Shown: in pieces, positions 9,131-18,299 of the stretch
Layout: every line of letters starts with the position of its first letter
How positions within the stretch are numbered: position 1 is the first letter of the stretch
From: Chloroflexota bacterium
GTDB taxonomy: Bacteria; Chloroflexota; Anaerolineae; Anaerolineales; UBA11579
Direction: 5' to 3'
DNA: 64,000 nt
Assembly: GCA_018662365.1 (NCBI GenBank)
Contig: JABJGH010000035.1
Location: 23,040 to 87,039, forward strand
Notes under the pieces: generated by a model
The model's database searches: none
Told to the model about the DNA's origin: nothing
Seen by the model: the letters and a program-made list of their open reading frames with translations, nothing else
Made by a program: the position numbers and the translations under genes

Positions 9131-10009
9131 TTACTTCTCCCCAAACTTATACTTATTAAAATCACTCACATGCTGATATCCCACATTCATATAGATCTTA
9201 TTTGAGGTCAAGTTTGCAAGGTCAGTAAATAGAGAAGTAAACTCAAAGCCCTCATCCAAAAGTTTTTGGCTAAAAGCTGCCACACTTGCACTCGCATACC
9301 CATTTCCCCGCAATTCAGGCGGAGTATACACACCCGTCACACAAATCCCGTGTCTCGTCGGGCGTGATCGCATCACGATCGAAAGTGGTGTATCTCCATC
9401 TTTCCAGATATACCACTCCCCTTTGCGAATGCGATGCGCCATCGACTCTGTCATTTTTTCTAATGTCGAATTATTTTCACCGAATGCGTCCCGCTCAAAT
9501 CCCATCATCCAATCAGAAATCAACCCTAAATCTTCCTGTGTTGCCATCACCAACTTTCCTTCCACTTTTGCGGGGGGGATCACTTCTCGCAGTTCATAAA
9601 CCCCTTGTCCTATTTCCAATTCATAATCCAATCCGTTTAGTGATGCCCAGATTGGTGCGAAACGTTCAGGCAAAGGCTCTGGCCCATGCACGCTGGGTAA
9701 AGGTCTTTTCGATATTTGAATACTTTCAGCTAATAAAACCAAAGCCTCTTCAGGGCAATCTTTTTCGCCAGCTAAAGTGAGTGGATGCGGGGGATCCATC
9801 ATCGCCACCAAAACGATCTCATCCCTGGCATCTCGAATAATTGCTAGATAAGCCCCATTATCAAAATGTGCTGGGTCATCGATCATCCGCTGTACTACGC
9901 CCAAGATCACCGCATTCAGCACTTCTTGTCTCTCCAAGAATTCTCGCGCTACAAGGAGAAATTCTTTCGGTTTCTCATAGACTTTTATGCTCATATGCAA
10001 AGTATACAA
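9131..10009 (-). CDS. GNAT family N-acetyltransferase with N-terminal extra domain
   Basis: C-terminal acetyl-CoA motif LRGNGYASASVAAF followed by a FTDLAN..SNKIYMNVGY-type tail. Confidence 0.7.
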   Translation of the reverse strand: MYTLHMSIKVYEKPKEFLLVAREFLERQEVLNAVILGVVQRMIDDPAHFDNGAYLAIIRDARDEIVLVAMMDPPHPLTLAGEKDCPEEALVLLAESIQISKRPLPSVHGPEPLPERFAPIWASLNGLDYELEIGQGVYELREVIPPAKVEGKLVMATQEDLGLISDWMMGFERDAFGENNSTLEKMTESMAHRIRKGEWYIWKDGDTPLSIVMRSRPTRHGICVTGVYTPPELRGNGYASASVAAFSQKLLDEGFEFTSLFTDLANLTSNKIYMNVGYQHVSDFNKYKFGEK

Positions 10010-10106
10010 GAAATTGAACCAATGGTTTTAAAACTATTCCTTTTACTTGTTTGCCTATTTTTGTCTATAATTGAATTTGGATAAACAACCCTATTGGGAG
10101 AAAATT

Positions 10107-10427
10107 ATGCCTAAGATCGACCTAGACCAAATTGAAGAACGTGAAATCGTCCCCGGTTTTCATGCCCGTTTTGTGCATAGTGAGAACATGACCCTCGCCT
10201 TTTGGCGCGTGGAGGCTGGTGCATCCCTGCCAGCGCACCAACATGTGCATGAACAAATTGCGAATGTCCTTGAGGGAGAATTTGAACTCACCCTCGATGG
10301 AGAAACCTACCATCTCAAACCCGGGCAAGCCCTGCTGATCCCCTCAAATATGCCCCATGCCGGCCGAGCGATTACAGAATGCCGCCTGCTGGACGTCTTT
10401 CACCCTGTTCGAGAAGAATACAAATAG
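10107..10427 (+). CDS. Cupin domain protein
   Basis: Cupin motifs (H.H..EQ...VLEGE and P...PH). Start chosen at the ATG at 10107, which has a GGGAG RBS. The ORF track begins at 10071. Confidence 0.8.
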   Translation: MPKIDLDQIEEREIVPGFHARFVHSENMTLAFWRVEAGASLPAHQHVHEQIANVLEGEFELTLDGETYHLKPGQALLIPSNMPHAGRAITECRLLDVFHPVREEYK

Positions 10428-10435
10428 TCAATCCC

Positions 10436-11365
10436 ATGCAGTTGCAAACGGTTATCTTTCCTGCCCTCCTATTTGGGCTGATTCTCATAGTATGGTTGGT
10501 TCGCTATTATCAACAAAGCTACCAAGAAAAAATATCCAGCCTGCTGGCGGGCAGCCGAGTATACGAAACAAAACTTGGGCCAGTTGAAGCAGCCATCCTT
10601 GGGGAAGGGCCACCCATCATCGTTTTACATGGTGCCGGGGGTGGTTATGATCGCGGACAAGTCTATGCTCACCCTGATCTTGGTTATCAATATATTGTCC
10701 TCTCCCGCCCTGGTTATTTACGTACCCCCTTGACCTCGGGCAAGACACCTTGCCAACAAGCAGACCTGGTTGCCGCCCTCATGGATGCTTTGAAAATAAA
10801 AAAAGCTTTTATTATGGGGGTATCTGCCGGGGGACCTACCGCTATCGAGTTTTCCCTGAAATTTCCAGAACGCTGTATGGGATTGATCCTTTCTTCCGCA
10901 GTTAACCAGCCCATCCCTGCCTATAAGTTTTTTGCGTATGCCATCGGAAAATACATCATTCCATCCACTTTCATTACATGGCTTTTCTTAAACCGCGGTG
11001 GTTTATTTGCCATTCGCCCAAATTTAGCCTTCCAGCTCTTTGGGAAACCAGAGAAACAAAAGCAAATTAAAAACCTGGTGGCTTCTCTTTGGCCCCCTCG
11101 TCCGAGATTTGCTGGCCTTGAAAATGATATGGAAAACATTAAAGATCAGCTTAACTATTCATTGGCTGAGATCGACCGCCCCACCCTGGTCATCCATGGC
11201 ACCAGTGATGCCGTCATTTCTCACCGCCAAGGCGTACGCGCAGCGGATCAGATTCCAGGGGCCGAGTTCATTAGCGTCAAAGGGGGCACCCATTTCTGCC
11301 TCATCTCCCATTCCGAGATCATTCAACCTGTATTACTCGATTTTTTAGACAGACATACATCCTAG
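10436..11365 (+). CDS. Alpha/beta hydrolase with N-terminal TM anchor
   Basis: HGAGGG oxyanion region, nucleophile elbow GVSAGG, and HGTSD plus GGTHF near the C-terminus. Start moved to the ATG at 10436 to avoid overlapping the cupin gene. Confidence 0.8.
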   Translation: MQLQTVIFPALLFGLILIVWLVRYYQQSYQEKISSLLAGSRVYETKLGPVEAAILGEGPPIIVLHGAGGGYDRGQVYAHPDLGYQYIVLSRPGYLRTPLTSGKTPCQQADLVAALMDALKIKKAFIMGVSAGGPTAIEFSLKFPERCMGLILSSAVNQPIPAYKFFAYAIGKYIIPSTFITWLFLNRGGLFAIRPNLAFQLFGKPEKQKQIKNLVASLWPPRPRFAGLENDMENIKDQLNYSLAEIDRPTLVIHGTSDAVISHRQGVRAADQIPGAEFISVKGGTHFCLISHSEIIQPVLLDFLDRHTS

Positions 11366-11387
11366 GCAATTTCCCCCTTAAACCAAA

Positions 11388-11408
11388 ACCTCCCCGATTT
11401 GGGGAGGT
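11388..11408. terminator. Hairpin between convergent genes (ACCTCCCC-GATTT-GGGGAGGT)
   Basis: Perfect 8-bp GC-rich stem seen directly. The flanking T/A runs are weak. Confidence 0.4.
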
Positions 11409-11428
11409 CTATTTATAGCGCTTAAGAA

Positions 11429-11686
11429 TTATACAGCGATGATTTCTTCCACATCGGGGAAGAACTGCCGGATCGTTCCAGCGATCCATCCCTGCAGGGT
11501 AGTCTCTGTCAGCGAACAGCCATCACAGGCGCCACCCATTTTTACCTTGACGATATTGTCTTCAAAGGAGACAAATTGTACATAGCCCCCGTGAAACTGT
11601 TCGATATAAGCACTCACTCTTTCGAGCAAAGCGGTCATTTTTTCTTCATCACTTGCCACTGCATGGCTGTGGTCGGTCATTTTCAA
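11429..11686 (-). CDS. NifU C-terminal-domain (Nfu-type) Fe-S cluster scaffold protein
   Basis: An 85-aa protein with a GGACDGCS (CxxC) motif and a VKVKMGG context typical of Nfu/NifU_C. Confidence 0.85.
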   Translation of the reverse strand: MKMTDHSHAVASDEEKMTALLERVSAYIEQFHGGYVQFVSFEDNIVKVKMGGACDGCSLTETTLQGWIAGTIRQFFPDVEEIIAV

Positions 11687-11802
11687 CTCCTGCTTGATCT
11701 TTAGGAAGATATTTATTATTTAAGCCTATTTTACCAGAGAGGGGCAGTAATCAAGTTGCCTATTACTTTTATGGTTTCAATGTTACTTGGGTTTGACAAA
11801 AC

Positions 11803-12702
11803 TTATATATTCCTTTTTTGGTGGGTTTCAAATATAAATACAGCCAATGTAATTGCAGACCCAGCTGCTAATCTTGCATGTCTAGGTTCCAAACCTATGT
11901 AATTAGCTTCTTTTCCGTGTCCGCTACCATAAGGATTTCTTAGTTCCGCTAAACTATTTGATATAGAAGCGAGATTCATTAATAATCTCTTTATTGTTTC
12001 TGAAGCTTTGACTTCATTTGGAATATCATTAGGCAATAATTTTAGTTGTTTTAGGGTTTCACGGACTAGCGCTGGTAATTTTGGATTAGTTAATTCGATG
12101 CCTTTTTCTAAGAGAATAGTTTTACATACTGTCTCCAAAAACTCTTTGGAGGCTCCAATTGCTAATTCAGGATCATCAACTATAGATTTTTCAATTCTTT
12201 TTATTTGTGTTTGAACATAATTTGTATCAATTTTTTCTGAAATAATTTTAGTGTTTTTAATTGACTGAGAATTATTTAATAATATTTTCCTATATGAAAA
12301 TATTGGATGTCCAGACATTGAATTGTTCTCATAGATTTCCCAACCATCAAATTTTAAATAATTGTTATAAGCTTCGAAAATTCTTTTTACATCTCCTTCA
12401 TCCGTTCTTACAACTGGATGAATTGTTTCACAAAGGAATTTTAAAAACAATTCATCTGACTCGGAATTTAAACCAAATCTTGAATCAGTTAGTATCCAAT
12501 CATTTTCCCAATCATCATTGTTTTCCCTATGTTGCCAAATATCTCTTTCGGCATCATTAAACCTAGAATCCGTGGATTTTATTTCGTCAAGTTTATATAG
12601 GCGGTATAAAAAAGCAGGTTCATTAAGGGAACCCGACCAATGACATTGAGCCAATTGATAAAAATCGAATATTTTTCTTTTTGTTAGTTCGGATATACTC
12701 AT
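11803..12702 (-). CDS. AbiJ-like abortive-infection protein: AbiJ-type N-terminal domain plus C-terminal Abi_C (HEPN) domain
   Basis: C-terminal LAELRNPYGSGHG (Rx6H) followed by a hydrophobic helix, matching my memory of the Abi_C/HEPN signature. The N-terminal W.G...E..FL.RLY.L....S.D.RF...E.DI.QH..NN.DW motif resembles AbiJ N-terminal domains. The gene is very AT-rich. Confidence 0.7.
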   Translation of the reverse strand: MSISELTKRKIFDFYQLAQCHWSGSLNEPAFLYRLYKLDEIKSTDSRFNDAERDIWQHRENNDDWENDWILTDSRFGLNSESDELFLKFLCETIHPVVRTDEGDVKRIFEAYNNYLKFDGWEIYENNSMSGHPIFSYRKILLNNSQSIKNTKIISEKIDTNYVQTQIKRIEKSIVDDPELAIGASKEFLETVCKTILLEKGIELTNPKLPALVRETLKQLKLLPNDIPNEVKASETIKRLLMNLASISNSLAELRNPYGSGHGKEANYIGLEPRHARLAAGSAITLAVFIFETHQKRNI

Positions 12703-12765
12703 ATATTTTCACTAAAACAATTTTACCGAAATTGTTTTTTACTCATTTTTTAAATATTTCTAGTT

Positions 12766-13635
12766 TTAACTATCAATTTGATCATTAAACTCCCTTAATA
12801 TTTTTAATGAATCTAAAAGTAAAAATAATTTCAATGATATTGACGGTTTGTTAAAATTATATGATACACCATGTAAAACTGTATGCCTGTTAATTATTCT
12901 GGTTTTAGGTGTTTTATTTAACTCTTTTTCAAATGAGGTTTTTGGGTAAATGTTTGTATCAAATTGAAAGAAAAGAGTTTTTGCGATAATCCAGTTTCTA
13001 ATTGTATATTCATTGAAATCGCCAATTGACTTTTTATAAACCTTGGTAATTCTTCCAATATCCGTATCGATATTGTTTTTATATATGTAATCATTTAATA
13101 TTCCTTCAATTTGGGGGAAAAGAGCGGGCACAGACAAAATATATTTTTTCTCACAATGTGCAATTAGGGCATTATTAAAGATTTCCATCCTTTCAGAATA
13201 TAAACTGTTACTCTCCCAGGACTTAACAATTTCTTTTAGATTATTAAAATTATTTTTTTGATAATGTCCTAAGATTTTATTGCTGACTTTGCTTTTTTTT
13301 CCTTGTTTATAGAAGTCGAGGGTATTTAGAATAAAATGCTTAGACATCGAAGGTGAAATTGGCCAATTGGAATCATTAAATGCTTTAATAATTTCTTCTT
13401 CCCTTTCTAATAAATTTTTTATTTCGTCGAATATTCCAGGTTCAAAAACCTTTTTTAATTCTGCTTGAAATTGAGTTAAGAGACGGTTAAGAATGTCTTT
13501 AAATAACTCGGATAATCCCAATAAGTTATTTGATTCGCTATTTCCAAAAGATGAGAGTTTAATAGTTATTTTTGAATTTCCACCTGTTTCATTTTTTGGT
13601 TTTTTTTGTTGAGCATTTTTAATATTGCTTTCCAT
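12766..13635 (-). CDS. Hypothetical protein with candidate HEPN-like Rx4H motif (NRHTVLHG)
   Basis: Clean 289-aa ORF with a GGGAGGAG RBS upstream of the ATG. C-terminal motif RHTVLH (Rx4H), preceded by FPQIEGIL. No family recognised with certainty. Confidence 0.55.
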   Translation of the reverse strand: MESNIKNAQQKKPKNETGGNSKITIKLSSFGNSESNNLLGLSELFKDILNRLLTQFQAELKKVFEPGIFDEIKNLLEREEEIIKAFNDSNWPISPSMSKHFILNTLDFYKQGKKSKVSNKILGHYQKNNFNNLKEIVKSWESNSLYSERMEIFNNALIAHCEKKYILSVPALFPQIEGILNDYIYKNNIDTDIGRITKVYKKSIGDFNEYTIRNWIIAKTLFFQFDTNIYPKTSFEKELNKTPKTRIINRHTVLHGVSYNFNKPSISLKLFLLLDSLKILREFNDQIDS

Positions 13636-13774
13636 TTGTATCTCCTCCCACGCCCCTCCCCCGTTTTCCCCAGCGGCAGTTGTGTGACCAATCTACCAAT
13701 TTCTGCATGGACTGTTTATTACATGCTCCAATATTTTATTATACAAGAATTTATATGCCCCCTACCCATCCCCC

Positions 13775-14773
13775 CTACACCACATAATGCTCATTCGGGT
13801 ATTCCGAAAAATATCTGTCCCGCCTATCCACCAAAACTGTCACGATCTTCGAGCCTTTCTTCATTGTCTTCGCCATCTCTATCGCTGCAAAAACGTTTGC
13901 CCCCGAGGACATGCCGCAGAATAAGCCCTCCTCGCTCGCAAGTCGATTCGCCATGTTTTTGGCATCTTCGTTCCGTACCACGATCTCATGATCCATGATT
14001 TTTTCATCAAGCACATCCTCGATCAAAAACCGCAATCTCGGCGCTCCAAATTTTTCTAAGGCATCATGCACCGCCCCAGACCGCACCCACTCGATCCTTC
14101 GGTCATCGGTCGGCACCACCCCAGTAACCACTATTTCCGGGTTGGCCAGCTTAAGCGCCTGCGCCACCCCCATCAACGTGCCCCCCGTCCCAACCGAAGC
14201 CACCCAAGCATCCACCTTGCCACCCATTTGCTCCACAATTTCTCTGCCTGTTTGTTCACGATGGGCCTTTGTATTATCAGGATTCCCCAATTGATTCGCC
14301 CACCACGCCTTCGGGTTCTTTTGCTGCAGGTCATAACATTGCGCCATCCGCACTGCCACAAATGCCGCCGCCCGTTCCACCTCGCTAAGCACTTCAATAG
14401 TATTGATATGTTTTTTTAGGTCGATTTGAGTGACTTCGCAGCCAAATAACCTTGCGATCCGGATTCTGTCCGCCGGATTATAAGCACTGGATAAGGTCGC
14501 TGGCATGAATAATTGCACATCATATCCCTTTACAGCGCCCACAAAAGCTAGCGCTGGGCCGGTATTCCCTGTCGACTGTTCGACGATCTTGCCCCCCGGT
14601 TTTAGATCCCCCCGCTTCTCGGCTTCCTCGATCATCGTTAGCGCCATTCGGTCTTTGATGCTCCCCCCTGGGTTCATAAATTCACATTTTACATAGATTT
14701 CAACATCATGGTGATCGATCACGCGTTTCAATTTAATTAAGGGGGTATTGCCGATTTCTTTGAGGATGGTCAT
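13775..14773 (-). CDS. PLP-dependent cysteine synthase / cystathionine beta-synthase family protein
   Basis: NPGGSIKDRMAL (PLP lysine), STGNTGPALA and GTGGT motifs in 332 aa. Confidence 0.85.
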   Translation of the reverse strand: MTILKEIGNTPLIKLKRVIDHHDVEIYVKCEFMNPGGSIKDRMALTMIEEAEKRGDLKPGGKIVEQSTGNTGPALAFVGAVKGYDVQLFMPATLSSAYNPADRIRIARLFGCEVTQIDLKKHINTIEVLSEVERAAAFVAVRMAQCYDLQQKNPKAWWANQLGNPDNTKAHREQTGREIVEQMGGKVDAWVASVGTGGTLMGVAQALKLANPEIVVTGVVPTDDRRIEWVRSGAVHDALEKFGAPRLRFLIEDVLDEKIMDHEIVVRNEDAKNMANRLASEEGLFCGMSSGANVFAAIEMAKTMKKGSKIVTVLVDRRDRYFSEYPNEHYVV

Positions 14774-14854
14774 TTTTATCTCCGTGTGATTTCTTCCCCT
14801 TATGTTAATGCATCCCCTTCAAATGCCATAGGGTATAATCGCCAAAAAACTGAA

Positions 14855-15601
14855 TTGGATTTCCCATTGATCTTAAAAATTATTCTTATTGGATTAATAA
14901 GTGGCACATTGATCGGCACAGTCGGGGTAGGCGGTATTTTGCTTACACCCCTATTGGTGTTTTTTGTGGGCACTGATTTACACATTTCCCAAGCATCTAG
15001 CAGCTTCAGCTTTTTGTTTACTGGCATCGTAGGGACCATCGTCTATGCACGCCAAAAGTCAATCTCTTGGTCACATGTGTTATGGATCAGTATCGGCATC
15101 CTCCCTGCTACAGTATTTGGCGCGAAGGTCAATACTTCCCTATCCAGCCCCACCCTCACGCTTATCTTAGCCATATTAATCATGTTTTCCGGGCTCAATG
15201 CCCTAAGAAAGCCCCCCGAAAAAGAAAAAGGGGATTCGCCAATCCATAAAGTATTTCTCGTATTGATCGGCCTCGGGGTTGGCTTTGGTTCCTCCCTCAC
15301 TGGCACCGGTGGCCCGGTTTTGCTCGTCCCACTTTTGCTCCTGCTGAGTTTCCTCCCCCTAACCGCTGTGGGTATCAGCCAAGCCATTCAACTCCCCATT
15401 GCGGTTTTCGCGACCATTGGCTTTATGCTCTTCGGGAAAATTGATTATGCTTTGGGCATTACCCTCGGGCTGGTCCAAGCAGTCGGTGTTGTATTTGGTG
15501 GAAAAATCGCGCATACCCTCCTACATGAAAAACTAAGAAGGGTGGTTGCGCTCACTTTGGTAGGGGTCGGTATGCTGTTGGTCTATAGAGTTCTTTTCTA
15601 A
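14855..15601 (+). CDS. TauE/SafE family sulfite/anion exporter (membrane)
   Basis: Multi-TM protein with duplicated G(V/T)GGG(I/P)(L/V)L.P motifs. The ORF opens at 14786, only 12 nt from the divergent gene's start. A TATAAT at 14834-14839 suggests the real start is the in-frame TTG at 14855. The start is uncertain. Confidence 0.75.
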   Translation: MDFPLILKIILIGLISGTLIGTVGVGGILLTPLLVFFVGTDLHISQASSSFSFLFTGIVGTIVYARQKSISWSHVLWISIGILPATVFGAKVNTSLSSPTLTLILAILIMFSGLNALRKPPEKEKGDSPIHKVFLVLIGLGVGFGSSLTGTGGPVLLVPLLLLLSFLPLTAVGISQAIQLPIAVFATIGFMLFGKIDYALGITLGLVQAVGVVFGGKIAHTLLHEKLRRVVALTLVGVGMLLVYRVLF

Positions 15602-15610
15602 ACAAAAAAA

Positions 15611-15634
15611 GTGCAGATGATTAATCATCTGCAC
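15611..15634. terminator. Hairpin between convergent genes (GTGCAGATGA-TTAA-TCATCTGCAC)
   Basis: Perfect 10-bp stem with an A-run on the 5' side. It lies between the TauE-like gene (+) and clpC (-). Confidence 0.5.
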
Positions 15635-15666
15635 TTGTATGCTTACTCTTAGAAATTTCCTGCGTT

Positions 15667-18141
15667 TTATTCTTTCAACGCTGGTTCTTTCTTCTTTTTC
15701 TTAGATTTTACCTTTACGTTAAAAGTCACTTCGCCTTCCTCGTTTACATCCACGATCACCGTGTCCCCCGCCACGAATTCACCTTTCAACAAACGAATGG
15801 AAAGAGGGCTTTCAACGCTCTTTTGCAGCACTCTTTTCATCGGGCGAGCACCAAAAGCAGGATCATAACCTTCTTTGGCAACCCATTCTCTGGCTTTATC
15901 GGTCAATTCCACTTGTAACCCCACATCTGCCAATCGTTCACCGATCTCTTTCATTTGTAATCCAACGATCTCGGTCATTTCCTCCACAGATAATTGTGAG
16001 AAGGTAATGATTTCATCGATTCGGTTTAGAAATTCTGGGCGGAAGGTATCTTTCAGGGCTTTCTCAATCTTTTTATGAGATTCTTTAATCTCTGCATCCC
16101 CTTCGGTTTGCAAGAATCCAAGAGAGCCAGCCTGGCGCACAAATTCGGTACCCAAGTTGCTGGTCATGATCAAAACTGTATTACGGAAATTGACTGTGCG
16201 GCCTTGTCCATCGGTCAAGCGTCCATCATCCAATATTTGCAATAATGAATTCCAAACTTCAGGATGTGCTTTTTCGATCTCATCAAAAAGAATCACTCGG
16301 TAGGGTCGCTGCCGAACGGCTTCGGTTAACTGACCACCTTCTTCATAACCCACATACCCAGGAGGGGCACCAAACAATCGAGACACAGCATGCTGTTCAC
16401 GATATTCACTCATATCGATCCGCACCAAGGCATCTTCGTCATCAAACATAAATTCGGCCAATGCTTTGGCTAATTCGGTCTTACCCACGCCCGATGGACC
16501 AATAAAAATAAAGGAACCGATCGGTCGCTTAGGATCTTTCAACCCCGAGCGAGATCTTCTAATGGCATCCGATACAGCGGAAATCGCTGCAGATTGTCCA
16601 ACGATTCGTTCCTGGATTCGGTTTTCCATGGTTAGTAATTTTTCGGCTTCGGTTTCCATCATTTGGCTCACCGGAATACCTGTCCATTGAGCCACGACTT
16701 CAGCGACATCATTGACGCCAACGATCTCGTCGAGCTCATGTTCTTCTTCCCATTTTCGCCGTTCTGCGTTGTAGTCTTCTTCCATCTGAAGTTTTTTAGT
16801 ACGCATTATTGCTGCTCGTTCATAATCTCTTGAAGTACTCGCTTGTTCTTCTTCAGCCTGTAATCTATCAAGTTCGGTTTTTAATTCTTTCAACTCTTTT
16901 GGCAGTGAGAATAAAGCGACACGTAATTTTGCGGCCGCTTCATCCATCAGATCGATCGCCTTATCGGGCAATCTGCGGTCCGGCAAATAGCGCACTGAAA
17001 ACTTTACGGCCGCTTCTAAGCTCTCATCCGAAATACTCACCTTATGATGGGCTTCGTAGCGATCTCGCAATCCGTGGAGCATCAAGATCGTGTCTTCCTC
17101 ACTTGGCTCTTCAACGAACACCGGTGCGAAACGTCGCTCCAATGCGGAATCCTTTTCAATATATTTTTGATATTCGTCGAGGGTGGTTGCCCCAATCGCT
17201 TGCAGTTCACCCCGTGCCAATGCAGGTTTAAGCATATTAGAAGCATCCATTGCCCCTTGCGCTGCCCCTGCACCTACAACCGTATGCAACTCATCAATGA
17301 ACAAGATGATCTCACCCTGCGCTCGTTGAACTTCTTCAATTGTTGTTTTCAAACGTTCTTCGAACTCACCTCTAAAACGAGAACCAGCGATCATCCCACT
17401 CAAATCCAGGGAAAGCACTCGCTTGCCATTCAAGATTTCGGGTACATCATTGGTATCGATCTTTTGGGCTAATCCTTCCACAATTGCGGTTTTACCCACA
17501 CCAGCTTCACCAATCAACACCGGGTTATTTTTCGTTCGTCGGGAAAGGATCTGGATCACTCGCAAGATCTCTGAATCACGCCCGATCACCGGGTCCAACT
17601 TCCCTTCCCGTGCCATCAAGGTTAGATCACGCGAATATTTTTCTAGAGTTTTATATTTGGTTTCTGCTTGAGGATCGGTAACTCTTTGTCCTCCGCGCAC
17701 TTGCTGCACAGCGTCCAAAGCACGTTCTTTTGTCACCCCTGCGCCTTCCAATAAACGAGCTGCGGGGGTGCTGCGTTCACTCAAAATAGCTAAGAAGATA
17801 TGCTCGGTAGAAATATATTCATCCTTCAATTTATTGGCTTCTTCATTAGCGAGGTCAATTATTCGTTTAACCCGCGGGGTGATAAAGATCTGCCCAGCGC
17901 CACCGCCAAAAATGTTGGCTTTTGGGCTAGTTTTCAAAATATAGTCTAAGCGCTCTGTAAGCGCCTCAGGCTCTACGGTTAAAATTTCTAATAGCTGGGA
18001 GATAATCCCTTGGGGTTGTTCGATCAATGCCAGTAACATATGCTCGGTATCGATCTGATTATGCCCATATCGTTGAATGATCTCGGCAGCTCTTTGGGCG
18101 GCTTCTTGGGCTCGCTCTGTAAAACGGTCAAATCTCATCAT
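15667..18141 (-). CDS. clpC: ClpC-type AAA+ unfoldase (two NBDs, Clp_N repeats, UVR-like middle domain)
   Basis: Duplicated Clp N-domain repeats. Walker A motifs GEAGVGKT and GPSGVGKT. The short middle domain has a UVR-like DYERAAIMR. An LGF tripeptide lies in the position of the ClpP-docking loop. 824 aa. Confidence 0.9.
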   Translation of the reverse strand: MMRFDRFTERAQEAAQRAAEIIQRYGHNQIDTEHMLLALIEQPQGIISQLLEILTVEPEALTERLDYILKTSPKANIFGGGAGQIFITPRVKRIIDLANEEANKLKDEYISTEHIFLAILSERSTPAARLLEGAGVTKERALDAVQQVRGGQRVTDPQAETKYKTLEKYSRDLTLMAREGKLDPVIGRDSEILRVIQILSRRTKNNPVLIGEAGVGKTAIVEGLAQKIDTNDVPEILNGKRVLSLDLSGMIAGSRFRGEFEERLKTTIEEVQRAQGEIILFIDELHTVVGAGAAQGAMDASNMLKPALARGELQAIGATTLDEYQKYIEKDSALERRFAPVFVEEPSEEDTILMLHGLRDRYEAHHKVSISDESLEAAVKFSVRYLPDRRLPDKAIDLMDEAAAKLRVALFSLPKELKELKTELDRLQAEEEQASTSRDYERAAIMRTKKLQMEEDYNAERRKWEEEHELDEIVGVNDVAEVVAQWTGIPVSQMMETEAEKLLTMENRIQERIVGQSAAISAVSDAIRRSRSGLKDPKRPIGSFIFIGPSGVGKTELAKALAEFMFDDEDALVRIDMSEYREQHAVSRLFGAPPGYVGYEEGGQLTEAVRQRPYRVILFDEIEKAHPEVWNSLLQILDDGRLTDGQGRTVNFRNTVLIMTSNLGTEFVRQAGSLGFLQTEGDAEIKESHKKIEKALKDTFRPEFLNRIDEIITFSQLSVEEMTEIVGLQMKEIGERLADVGLQVELTDKAREWVAKEGYDPAFGARPMKRVLQKSVESPLSIRLLKGEFVAGDTVIVDVNEEGEVTFNVKVKSKKKKKEPALKE

Positions 18142-18299
18142 AATTAAATAAACCTGCCTTTAGCTGTTCTATAACGATGTTACTCTAAATTGTACCTTGA
18201 GCATATCAACAAAAAAACAACGTCTCATTAGATTATTATTTGAATCATTGCAATAATCTTGCCGTATTATTTCTTGTTTTTCAGGTGTTACAACCTTTA

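Noticed and set aside
13606-13998. A 130-aa Pro/Ser-rich plus-strand ORF spanning the islet boundary
   Set aside because: It runs antisense to the cysteine-synthase-like gene and across an intergenic region, and its composition is low-complexity.
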